A DNA stretch of 64,000 nt, taken from positions 1-64,000 of the forward strand of contig CAWJET010000002.1 in the NCBI GenBank assembly GCA_963842085.1, read 5' to 3'. This document shows positions 19,066-27,132 of this stretch, one piece after another. Under the pieces are notes generated by a model that worked only from the letters and a program-made list of their open reading frames with translations, was not told where the DNA came from and did no database searches. Position numbers and translations under genes: made by a program. The stretch is from an uncultured delta proteobacterium. Its GTDB lineage: Bacteria > Desulfobacterota > Binatia > Binatales > Binataceae. Every line of letters starts with the position of its first letter. Within the stretch, counting starts at the first letter, position 1.

Positions 19066-19252
19066 CTCGCATCGTCACCGTGAGACCGGCCTGGCTCAGG
19101 GTGAAGGAAATCTGAAGGAGCAAGTCGCAGTCGCACGCGCGCGCACCGCACTCGGAGCACAGCAGGTATGCGGTATCGACGAACGGCAAGGATGGCTGAG
19201 CTATCTCACGGAGAGTGGCCTGTTCAGTGGTGGTCGCTGCCGCCCGTTTCAA
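19046..19252 (-). CDS. Small Cys-rich hypothetical protein
   Basis: LCSECGARACDC; overlaps both neighbours. Confidence 0.45.
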   Translation of the reverse strand: MKRAAATTTEQATLREIAQPSLPFVDTAYLLCSECGARACDCDLLLQISFTLSQAGLTVTMRGAGGEV

Positions 19253-19470
19253 CGTGATCGCTCCGCGGCGGATGCGCGCTCATCGAGCCACTTTGTGAGC
19301 GTCGAAAGCCGCCAGCCGATCGCGGTGCCACTATTGGAGAGTTTGAAGGGGGCTGGAAATTCGCCCTTTTTGATCCAATCGAGCAGGGTCATCCGGTGGA
19401 CGCCGGCGAAGCGCTCGACTTCGGGGAAGCGAACTATCCGGTCCGTTTCGGGGATCGTGAGTTTTCTCAT
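19249..19470 (-). CDS. alpA: AlpA-family phage regulator
   Basis: RIVRFPEVERFAGVHRMTLLDWIKKGEFPAPFKL....IGWRLSTLTKWL. Confidence 0.9.
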   Translation of the reverse strand: MRKLTIPETDRIVRFPEVERFAGVHRMTLLDWIKKGEFPAPFKLSNSGTAIGWRLSTLTKWLDERASAAERSR

Positions 19471-19752
19471 CGCGCTACCTCTTTGCTTCGGCAGCGCGAT
19501 CCAAAAAAAAACCGAGCGACCGAAGCGATAAAAATCAATCGCCTCAAAGCCCGCTCGATTTATTCGATACGGCCGAGTCCTTGCGGATCTCGGTCAGGGG
19601 CGCCCTTAACTGGGTTCGCCCTGATATGTTCTTACAAGATTAAGCTCTAGGAAATTGACACGCAAGACGGTGGCGGGGCGCAATCCACGCTGCACGCCAA
19701 GAGCACGAACGCGCTGTGCCCCAAGGGTTTCAGCACTTCTCCCTAACGACCG

Positions 19753-20148
19753 TTAGGCTTCGTCTTTTTTGGCTTTCGCGAGGATCTCGCGCACGCAGGC
19801 AGCGATAAGCTTCGGCGGCGTCGTCTCGCGCTCAGCCGCCAGGATTCTCAGTTGCCTTCGGTAAATCCCGGTCCCATGGCTGTGGACCGCGTGGCCGTGA
19901 GTCAATGGCGAGTAGCCGCGCCCGGAAGCGTTAACGTTTCGGATGCGCCGCTCGGCCAATTCATCGCGAAGGCATCCGCAACTCTGGGTTTTCCCGCGCG
20001 CCAAGCGTGAACCCGGAACGATTACGACCTTCCCGCATTCGCATCGACACCGCCATCGCGCGGGGCCGGTCTTGTCGTCGGCCCCGCGACCGGTAACTGT
20101 TAGTCGCCCATAGGTCTTGTCGGCACAATCGATGAACTTTCCCCTCAC
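19753..20148 (-). CDS. Phage protein with Cys-rich N-terminus of the AP2/HNH-associated type; no nuclease domain seen
   Basis: YGRLTV...WRCRCECG...L..GKTQSCGCL...THG. Confidence 0.6.
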   Translation of the reverse strand: MRGKFIDCADKTYGRLTVTGRGADDKTGPARWRCRCECGKVVIVPGSRLARGKTQSCGCLRDELAERRIRNVNASGRGYSPLTHGHAVHSHGTGIYRRQLRILAAERETTPPKLIAACVREILAKAKKDEA

Positions 20149-20154
20149 TCCCCA

Positions 20155-20340
20155 TTACCTCCAAAAGGTTTTTCCATCGTCACCCCTAGCCAAATATACC
20201 ATCGTAGTCCCCAATCGTCGCGCGCTCACGCAGCGCCGACATGTGTCCCTGCGCCCGTCCGGCTCAGAGCGCAGGTGCCCGAACAGGATCAGCGCCTTCA
20301 TCTGTCCGCACTCGCGGCAGCGCTTGGTTACTAACGTCAC
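20155..20340 (-). CDS. Small Zn-finger phage protein
   Basis: KRCRECGQMK...F...DGRRDTCRRC. Confidence 0.55.
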   Translation of the reverse strand: MTLVTKRCRECGQMKALILFGHLRSEPDGRRDTCRRCVSARRLGTTMVYLARGDDGKTFWR

Positions 20341-20344
20341 ACGC

Positions 20345-20704
20345 TCACTGCATCGGTCCTTCTGGGCTTCGCGAAAGAATCAACTGCGCTATTCGCGGCA
20401 GGCGCGTCGGCTCGGGATGCGCCGCCCTGCAGGGACCGCAGAGCGTGGCCAGGAAGTTCTCGTCGCTGAGAACGATCACCCAATCGCGAACGGCATGATT
20501 GACGTCAGAATCAGGCAGCCAGCGCGCCGCGCAGTTGTCGCACACCATGAAACCGGCTTGGCCCTTCGCGGCCGCCTTCTCGAATGCGAGGCGCAGACCG
20601 CTGGCCCGCGCCTCAGGCTCGTCAGCGCAGCTAGCGCAGAACCTTTGCCGCCACAATTTATCGAAGCGGTTAAGTTCGTCGAGCACGCTACGAAGTTCGA
20701 TCAT
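20345..20704 (-). CDS. Cys-rich hypothetical protein
   Basis: Three CxxC pairs; ATGA overlap with the terL stop. Confidence 0.55.
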   Translation of the reverse strand: MIELRSVLDELNRFDKLWRQRFCASCADEPEARASGLRLAFEKAAAKGQAGFMVCDNCAARWLPDSDVNHAVRDWVIVLSDENFLATLCGPCRAAHPEPTRLPRIAQLILSRSPEGPMQ

Positions 20705-22314
20705 GACTTCACCGCTACATTCACCGTAATCCGTTCGTAGCAGTCGCGATGAAATCTCTTGCGGCCCTCGTCAACGCCGGTGCCAATGACCTCACGGCGA
20801 CACACGGCACAAAGGTTCCGCAACCTGCGCCTTTCGTTGTCGTACTCGTCCTGCCAGGTGGTATCCGGCGGGCGTTCCGGCAGGCCGAGTGCTGCTCGTT
20901 CAGCGGCTTGACGAGTGAACTCGCGCACGCCCCAGCCGGCTCGTTCGTGATGCACCGCGGCCAGTGCGCTCATCGCCAGCGCGACCACCAGATCGATTTT
21001 CTTTCCGACACTCGGCTTGCCGATCTTGAAACCGCGCGGCGACTCGATGCCGACCGCGTTGCGAAGCGACTGGGCTAAATCAGGGTCCTCGTAGATCTCA
21101 ATGTTCCGGTCCTTGAACAAGCCCAGGAGATTTTCGCCCATCGCCGACAGGTTGCCGAGGGTTTGCGGAAATTCCTGCATGTCCACGCCGGCGTCCGTCA
21201 GTCGCTGGGCCAGCGCACTTAACTGCCACGGATCGTAGTTGACGCTCTGGAGCCAGAAACGATCCTTCAGCTCGAGCACGGCGCGCTCGATCGTGTTAGT
21301 GAAATCCAGCGGCTGACCCGGCGTGGGCTTCCATAGATAGTGCTTCACCAGCCGAACCTTCTGCCTTTCGTCGTCATAACTGGTCGCGACCACGGCGCAC
21401 CAGTCGTGCTTCGTCGACGCATCCACGCCGACAAAGACAGGCAGATTCGAATCGCCAAGACACGGCCGCAATTCAGGATTGGTGCACGCCTCGATCCATT
21501 CGTCTTGCAGGAAGTCGCCCTCGCCGCGGACCCATTTGTTCTCGATCATGCGGGCGAACTGATTGGGCCGTAGCGCCTGGCGCATCTCGCCGATCCAGCG
21601 CTCGCTCTGCCACGGCGCCCGGCATAGGTGCGTCCAGTAACAGAGCAGGCCATCGCTCCGGTAAAGGTCTGGACTGACTTCCTCGCCCGCGATCCCGCGC
21701 AGATAAAGCGACTCCAGAAGGTCCGACTCGTCCGTAAAGCCGGCATAGCTGACGGTCAACCTCGCCGACACCTTGCGAACCGGCGAGGGTACGGCTTCAT
21801 CCCACAGCCGGCGCGAACGCTCGGATACATATCCCCAGAGTTCGTCGAATATGCACAACGAGGGGTTGGCGCCCGCGAATGACGCGTAGTCGCTGGCCAC
21901 CGCCTGGATGAAGGAACCCGTCGATCGAAATTCGATTCTACCGGCGGTGATCTTCGCGCTATGACGTAGCAGTGGCGATCCCTCGATGATGCGCCGCGCA
22001 CTCTCGAACACCCGGCCGACGCTTTGCTCATAGTCGTTGCTGAGACAGTAGATTTCAGCCAGTGGGCCGCCGAGAACGACCGCCACGTAGATCGCAATCA
22101 TGCTGCCCAGCGCGCTTTTGCCGCCTTTTTTCGGACACGAGAAGATAAGTTCGGGGAACGGCAGCCTGCCATCCGCCGTCGGCGTCAGCGCGCGGCGTAG
22201 AAACTCGACCTGAGCCTCATACAACTCGAATGGCTTGCCGTTCTCTGGATTGATCAGAACATCGCGAATGAACGCGACCGGGTCAGCCTTCCATTCCTTC
22301 AGCTTGGCCCTCAT
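20701..22314 (-). CDS. terL: Terminase large subunit
   Basis: Walker A CPKKGGKS, Walker B CIFDELW, nuclease VGVDASTKHD, YDPWQ, KKIDLVVALAM; ATG 22314 overlaps the upstream TGA. Confidence 0.92.
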   Translation of the reverse strand: MRAKLKEWKADPVAFIRDVLINPENGKPFELYEAQVEFLRRALTPTADGRLPFPELIFSCPKKGGKSALGSMIAIYVAVVLGGPLAEIYCLSNDYEQSVGRVFESARRIIEGSPLLRHSAKITAGRIEFRSTGSFIQAVASDYASFAGANPSLCIFDELWGYVSERSRRLWDEAVPSPVRKVSARLTVSYAGFTDESDLLESLYLRGIAGEEVSPDLYRSDGLLCYWTHLCRAPWQSERWIGEMRQALRPNQFARMIENKWVRGEGDFLQDEWIEACTNPELRPCLGDSNLPVFVGVDASTKHDWCAVVATSYDDERQKVRLVKHYLWKPTPGQPLDFTNTIERAVLELKDRFWLQSVNYDPWQLSALAQRLTDAGVDMQEFPQTLGNLSAMGENLLGLFKDRNIEIYEDPDLAQSLRNAVGIESPRGFKIGKPSVGKKIDLVVALAMSALAAVHHERAGWGVREFTRQAAERAALGLPERPPDTTWQDEYDNERRRLRNLCAVCRREVIGTGVDEGRKRFHRDCYERITVNVAVKS

Positions 22315-22541
22315 GGTCGTCGCGCCTCTGCAGCCGTCTGCCGCTGGAATCGCCGCTGTTCTTCCTTGGCTCGACGGCGCTGGCTTTCGGCTCTTTTGCG
22401 CTTTCGGTGTTGGCTCGGTTTCTCGTAGAAAACATGGCGTTTCCACTCTCGAAAAATGCCTTCGTTCGCGAGCTTGCGCTTCAAAAGCAACAGCGCGCGA
22501 TCGATTCCGCGTGCGCTGTAGTCCGTGACCGTGACTTCCAC
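22311..22541 (-). CDS. rpsU: 30S ribosomal protein bS21 homologue
   Basis: GTG start after GGAGGTGGAGG; MEVTVTDYSARGIDRALLLLKRKLANEGIFREWKRHVFYEKPSQHRKRKRAESQRRR fits the bS21 pattern (AL...KRK....G....K....YEKPS..RKRK). Confidence 0.85.
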   Translation of the reverse strand: MEVTVTDYSARGIDRALLLLKRKLANEGIFREWKRHVFYEKPSQHRKRKRAESQRRRAKEEQRRFQRQTAAEARRP

Positions 22542-22668
22542 GCCTCCACCTCCACAACCTTGGAAATTCCAAAAAGGATCCGGCTCCGGCGTGCTCGCAC
22601 GTTCGATGCAACACAGCGCGGGGGTATTGCCGCGGCCCGAACGCCCGGATCCCGTTTTTCTATGCCTT

Positions 22669-22773
22669 CTATCGTTTGTCGCGCTTAGCCTGCCTGCGCG
22701 CTTCCTTACGGCGGCGCTTTTCTTCCTGCCGCTCACGCCGCGCTTTCTCGCGTGCCTTAGCCTCGACGTTCAT
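22669..22773 (-). CDS. 34-aa highly charged peptide, below the ORF-track cutoff
   Basis: MNVEAKAREKARRERQEEKRRRKEARRQAKRDKR; ATGA overlap with the upstream ORF. Confidence 0.45.
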   Translation of the reverse strand: MNVEAKAREKARRERQEEKRRRKEARRQAKRDKR

Positions 22774-22898
22774 GCCAGCCGATTCCCGTTCGTGTCGTTC
22801 ACAGTTTCGACGGTCGGATCGAGCAGCTTGACCAGCGCCGCAGTTGCCTCGCTGAGCGTGCGACCGTGAGCGATCGGATTGTCGAGTCCGCGCGCCAT
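22770..22898 (-). CDS. 42-aa hypothetical peptide
   Basis: MARGLDNPIAHGRTLSEATAALVKLLDPTVETVNDTNGNRLA; start and stop both overlap neighbours. Confidence 0.35.
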   Translation of the reverse strand: MARGLDNPIAHGRTLSEATAALVKLLDPTVETVNDTNGNRLA

Positions 22899-23152
22899 CA
22901 CATCACCCAAACGCCAGCGCCCTTGAGCGAGCGAACCTCGAATCGAACCTGATCGACATTCAAGCCAAGCGCGCGAAGCCCGGTCAGCCGTCGGGTTGAA
23001 GTAAACACGCCTCGGGCGCCGCTTGAGACTTCAACCGGCCAACCTATCGAGCGCGTGCGTCTAGCTGCGCCCCCCAGATGGCCCATTTTGCCGCCGTCCT
23101 GCGATTCTGGCCGTTCATAACGGGCGATCGAGCTAGTCGTCGTGTCATTCAT
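22898..23152 (-). CDS. Hypothetical protein
   Basis: ORF overlapping the terS stop. Confidence 0.4.
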   Translation of the reverse strand: MNDTTTSSIARYERPESQDGGKMGHLGGAARRTRSIGWPVEVSSGARGVFTSTRRLTGLRALGLNVDQVRFEVRSLKGAGVWVM

Positions 23153-23651
23153 CGGGTTTAATCTCCTGGGCACGTTGTGCGCGCTCTGCGGCCTTTACTT
23201 CCTTGCCGCCCGTTTCAACCGTTTCGGCATCCTCCGCAGTCGCCGCTATCGCGCCTGGCAGATCGAATGCGGTCCTTGAGCCGGTCGCCTTGATCGCCAT
23301 CCTGCTGGCCGGCGTCATTCCAAGTTCACGACTGTAGACGGCTTGAGCCAATCTCAACTTGCGATAGTCGTCGAGCAGGCGCTTGCCGTCGCCAGCGGCG
23401 TTCACGACGCTTCCAGCACGCAACACCGCGAAGACTTGCGTGGCTAAGACCTCAAGCTCGGCCCACGCCCTAACGGCCGGATAATCGCTAGGTTCAAGCC
23501 AAGTCAAAACGCTGCGAACCTTTCGGGCCAGCCGCTCGGTTTTCTTGTCCCTGAGCCGGTAGCCCGCAGAGGCCCGCACATAAAGGCCGGTGCTCGCGTG
23601 CTTCGACGCCGTCAGCTCTTTGCCGTTCTCGCTCATGTCCGGCTGGCTCAT
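23145..23651 (-). CDS. terS: Terminase small subunit, P27-family-like
   Basis: W.L...D...V..W.E...G.V....YSRELGMTPASRM motif; upstream of terL. Confidence 0.7.
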   Translation of the reverse strand: MSQPDMSENGKELTASKHASTGLYVRASAGYRLRDKKTERLARKVRSVLTWLEPSDYPAVRAWAELEVLATQVFAVLRAGSVVNAAGDGKRLLDDYRKLRLAQAVYSRELGMTPASRMAIKATGSRTAFDLPGAIAATAEDAETVETGGKEVKAAERAQRAQEIKPDE

Positions 23652-23677
23652 CGCGCCTCGCTCTCCGCGAAAGCCGC

Positions 23678-23791
23678 GCTAAAGTCGTTCATTTCGTCCA
23701 ATGAAATCAGGGACTTTAGCACACGCGCTGGATGTAGAATCCTGCGAACAAGGTAGGGCAGGGCGCCCGGCGACTTTAGCGTGACTTTAGC
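23678..23791. repeat. Four GACTTTAGC copies (one inverted), putative arm-type sites
   Basis: 23678-23686 (inverted), 23712-23720, 23772-23780, 23783-23791. Confidence 0.75.
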
Positions 23792-23846
23792 GGAACTATC
23801 GGCAAGAACGGGACGCAGGTGCACTATCGAGACTGCCCGATGGCGC

Positions 23847-23874
23847 AAAAGCCCAAGGATAGAGCCGATTGGGC
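23847..23874 (-). terminator. Possible weak intrinsic terminator between the half-tRNA and terS
   Basis: Minus strand GCCCAA-N12-TTGGGC-TTTT. Confidence 0.35.
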
Positions 23875-23919
23875 AGGTCTTGGGGGTTGATTGTGCAGAT
23901 GGCGACAGCGCTGGATTGA

Positions 23920-23960
23920 ATCCTAAGTCCGGCGCGTCTGCCGTTCCGCCACTCTCGCGT
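23920..23960 (-). repeat. att direct repeat: displaced 5' half of tRNA-Leu ending at the anticodon loop
   Basis: 41/41 identity with 12800-12840; sequence beyond the anticodon loop is not tRNA-like. Confidence 0.95.
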
Positions 23961-23968
23961 ATCGGTAA

Positions 23969-23996
23969 AGCATAAGAGTTTTGCGGCTCGGCGCAA
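23969..23996 (-). promoter_or_regulatory. Probable native tRNA promoter
   Basis: Minus strand TTGCGC-N16-TATGCT, 10 nt before the tRNA 5' G of the fragment. Confidence 0.6.
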
Positions 23997-24054
23997 CCGT
24001 CCTTTGACGGGCGACTACATTGCGCGGCCTACGTGAGACGCGTTCCTTATCGAT

Positions 24055-24897
24055 TTACCAACCTTCGAGAATATTTCTGCTGACCAGTTTCGGGATGACC
24101 GGCGTGATCGCGAACTGGAGATTCCACTTCTGACCAAAGACGTCAGGGTGGACCGGCATGTATTGTCCTTGCACTTGAAACTTCACCGGGAGTGGGCCGA
24201 CCTTGACGACCTTGCTGACATTGAGGCCGACAGGAACCGTGACCATGTTGCCACTTTTGTTGGCGTACCAGTTGACGAGCATGTTTGGGGACGTGCCTAT
24301 TCCCCAACCACCGCCCGGTAGATAGACAAAGAAGTATTGAAGGTTCATCTGGCTAACAGTCTGCGAGCCCGGCCCGCCAGTCGAGAACCACTGCTGGGGA
24401 AACACTCCAGCCAGCCATTTGCCACCCAGGTAGCCGAAGACCCCCGCGGGTCCGAGTTGCCACTTGTTCTGCCCGAGCCTCGAGTTGCTCGCGGTAGGGA
24501 AGATGAAACTGGGACCTGCCCCCAGCAGCCAAGGACCGGCAAGCTTCGGGCTGGGCGAGAGCAACGTCGCGAGGATGGTGTCGCCGAAGCCGGTGACGCG
24601 ATGAAGATGGAGGCTCTCGTTCACGTATGGCGTCGAGTTCATCACCTGGAACACGGGGCGCGTGATCAAATTCCAGTCGTCGGTCAATGCCAGTGGGAGA
24701 ACGGGCTGGAACTGCATGTTCACGACATTGCGATCGGGCTTGTTGAGCCAGTAGGTATTTTCTTGAAGCTGAAGCGCCCAGATGCTTGAAATCGGGTTCG
24801 ACAGTTCCTTGTTGACCTCGTCGAGCGATTTGCTATCCGCCGTTTGCGCATATGCACTCGCGACGACGAACAAACAAAAGATTCCGATCAGGGGCAA
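24055..24897 (-). CDS. Putative outer-membrane beta-barrel ('neuromedin U'-annotated type), sulfatase-associated
   Basis: Signal peptide, ELSNPISS, QFQPVLP, WNLITRP, GFGD, aromatic beta strands. Confidence 0.6.
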   Translation of the reverse strand: MPLIGIFCLFVVASAYAQTADSKSLDEVNKELSNPISSIWALQLQENTYWLNKPDRNVVNMQFQPVLPLALTDDWNLITRPVFQVMNSTPYVNESLHLHRVTGFGDTILATLLSPSPKLAGPWLLGAGPSFIFPTASNSRLGQNKWQLGPAGVFGYLGGKWLAGVFPQQWFSTGGPGSQTVSQMNLQYFFVYLPGGGWGIGTSPNMLVNWYANKSGNMVTVPVGLNVSKVVKVGPLPVKFQVQGQYMPVHPDVFGQKWNLQFAITPVIPKLVSRNILEGW

Positions 24898-24952
24898 TCA
24901 CCCGAGTGTATTGATGCTCCAAATCTGCGCCTCCCCATCTAACCTCGCTTGT

Positions 24953-27106
24953 CTAGAACCCGCGTGCTGGGCCGATCTGCGGCGAGCGCACCGGCTTCGC
25001 CAGGCCGTAAAAGACCGTCATTCCCTGACCGCCGCAACGAGTCGAGACACCCTCATCCGGTTGGCCGTAGCAAGAAGAGGGATCCTGCCAGTTGTTCGAC
25101 ACCCAAACGTTGCCTGCCGGATCGATAGAAGCATCGACCAGCATCTGCATACCACCACCCTTGTACCCTCCGGGCGGAGAAATCGGATCGCCGGTCTTCA
25201 TGCCGGGCGGACAGGTCTCGGGCCGTGCGCCACATAACTCCGTGACGCCGCCGCCGGGTGCAAAGTTGGAAACCCAGACATGGTCGTTGCCGTCGATCGA
25301 CACGGCCCATGCACCCCAGATGCTGCCGGTGGAGTTGAACGGTGACCCGGGAGCTGGCGTGCCGTCGGGGCGCAGCATGGATACGCTACCCAGGCCGGGA
25401 TGAGACAGCAGATCTTTGAGAGCAATCTGATCCATCCCAGTTGCCGTACCACCGGTCAACTTGAGCTTAAGCAGACGCAGCTTGGTTCCCAGAGTCATTC
25501 CCGCGCCCATGGTGTTGGTGATCCAGACATTGCCCTTACTGTCGATAGCCATACCCTTGCCGCTGTGGCCACCGGTGGGAAACACTTCGACCTTGCTCGG
25601 GTCGCTCGCTGGGAAGCGCGTGACCGAGCCACCGATCGCGTTATCGATCCAGATCCGGTCCTGCTGATCGATCGCAATGCCGAACGGGGCATTCAGCTTG
25701 CACGGGCTGTCCTTGTTGGGTTTGCCATCGGTGGACTCGCAATAGAACTTGGCCTTGTCGGGGTCGCCCTTGGGCAAATAGACAACCCTGTCGTTGGTGA
25801 AATCGACCGCCCAGACATCGCCACTGGGCGTGACGATGATGCCCTGCATGTAACCGAGTTTACCGCCAAAGTTGTAGCCCTCGGGCGGTGATAGCGGCTT
25901 GCCGTTGTGGTCGAACAGCGAGATCGTTTTGCCGCTGGTACTGTCGATCCAAATGCGATCATTGGCGTCGATCGCGGTGCCGAATCCCGGGCCTTGGAGG
26001 CCGCCGCCGGCAAATCCGGTGGTCATCGGCGCGAGCGGCCGGCCGTTGGGCGCAAACTCTGAAAGATTGCCGTCCCACAAAGCATCTTTCCCTTGCGACC
26101 CAACAATGAAATTTGCGCCGCTCCACGCGTTGCCCTCGCTGTCGAACATCACTTTGGCGCCGCCGCTGTAACCACCGCCGGTGAACTTGAGCGGCAAGAC
26201 CCATGCGCTGGGCGCGAAGCTGAGATAGGGCAGGAACGGCGTCGAACGCAGTTTCTTGCCCTCGGGAATTGGATAGAAGGCACTCAGCAGGGCAAACATC
26301 CTGGCGGGCTTGTACGCGGAATTCAGCGCGACCAACTCGGCCGCGGTCAGCGTATCGGTCGGAGCTGTTCCGCTCGGAGGCGTCGCGGCGCCCAAGAGGC
26401 TGTTGCACGCATCGGCGTTCACGCGGGTCACACATCCCGCCAGTACATTGGCGAGCGTGGCGAAGTTCGCCATCGTTGGAGTCTGAGTGCTATTGAGCGG
26501 GTCCTGAATCATCGTGCCGTAGCCGCCGGTTTCGAGATCGACGAAGTTGGGCACGTTGCCCGCGGCGATACGGAGTCCCAATGCGTTACCCTTGAGCGCG
26601 GTACCGTCGAGGAACTGCGCGTTGGTCCATACCGATGCCACGGTCGTGAACTCGTTGACGACCACATGTGCCGGAGGCTTGTTGCCGATCACAGAGATGA
26701 GCGCGATCGCGGAATTGTCGCCGCCTCCCTTGTTGGCAGTGGGTTCGCCACCTTTGGCAACTATATAGAGGATGCTGTCCGGCGATCCTTCAGCGCTCAA
26801 AGTGAACCGGCCGTCGTCGCCGGTCTGAGTCTGAGCTAACTGCTTGGGCGCGTCGGCGCTTGCGGACCATAAAGTCACCGTCGATTTGGCGATCGGGGCG
26901 CCGGCGCCAAGGACCTGACCTTCAATGCTATCGGCAGCGAAGGCGGGCGCAACCGCGATCAAGGCTAAGACGGCGAGCGAGGCGATAAATGAGTGACCCG
27001 CTGCGCATACGTTGCGAGCATTCAACATTGGATTCATTTCCTTCTTCTTGAAAGTCACTTCACTTTCGCGAAAATTGTTTTTCCCGTCGTTCTTCTCACC
27101 GATCAT
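24953..27106 (-). CDS. Secreted beta-propeller (NHL-like repeat) protein
   Basis: Signal peptide; repeated IAID..GN.W.N units. Confidence 0.7.
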   Translation of the reverse strand: MIGEKNDGKNNFRESEVTFKKKEMNPMLNARNVCAAGHSFIASLAVLALIAVAPAFAADSIEGQVLGAGAPIAKSTVTLWSASADAPKQLAQTQTGDDGRFTLSAEGSPDSILYIVAKGGEPTANKGGGDNSAIALISVIGNKPPAHVVVNEFTTVASVWTNAQFLDGTALKGNALGLRIAAGNVPNFVDLETGGYGTMIQDPLNSTQTPTMANFATLANVLAGCVTRVNADACNSLLGAATPPSGTAPTDTLTAAELVALNSAYKPARMFALLSAFYPIPEGKKLRSTPFLPYLSFAPSAWVLPLKFTGGGYSGGAKVMFDSEGNAWSGANFIVGSQGKDALWDGNLSEFAPNGRPLAPMTTGFAGGGLQGPGFGTAIDANDRIWIDSTSGKTISLFDHNGKPLSPPEGYNFGGKLGYMQGIIVTPSGDVWAVDFTNDRVVYLPKGDPDKAKFYCESTDGKPNKDSPCKLNAPFGIAIDQQDRIWIDNAIGGSVTRFPASDPSKVEVFPTGGHSGKGMAIDSKGNVWITNTMGAGMTLGTKLRLLKLKLTGGTATGMDQIALKDLLSHPGLGSVSMLRPDGTPAPGSPFNSTGSIWGAWAVSIDGNDHVWVSNFAPGGGVTELCGARPETCPPGMKTGDPISPPGGYKGGGMQMLVDASIDPAGNVWVSNNWQDPSSCYGQPDEGVSTRCGGQGMTVFYGLAKPVRSPQIGPARGF

Positions 27107-27132
27107 GTTTCGGCTCTTGAACCCCCGCCCCT

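Larger units (their letters stand above)
12800..23960 (-). mobile_element. ~11.1-kb phage-satellite-like integrative element B
   Basis: 41-bp att repeats; integrase, AlpA, primase-helicase, TerS and TerL, all on the minus strand; no capsid, portal or tail recognised. Confidence 0.9.

Noticed and set aside
19753-20340. Packaging HNH endonuclease next to the terminase
   Set aside because: The ORFs have Cys-rich Zn-binding segments but no recognisable HNH catalytic motif.
22315-22736. Long N-terminal extensions of the terL (to 22614) and bS21 (to 22736) ORFs in the ORF track
   Set aside because: They overlap each other. SD plus GTG at 22541 and the ATGA coupling at 22311-22314 define more plausible starts.
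23880-23960. Second complete or intron-split tRNA-Leu
   Set aside because: Identity stops at the anticodon loop and no T-arm or acceptor 3' strand follows. It is an att remnant.
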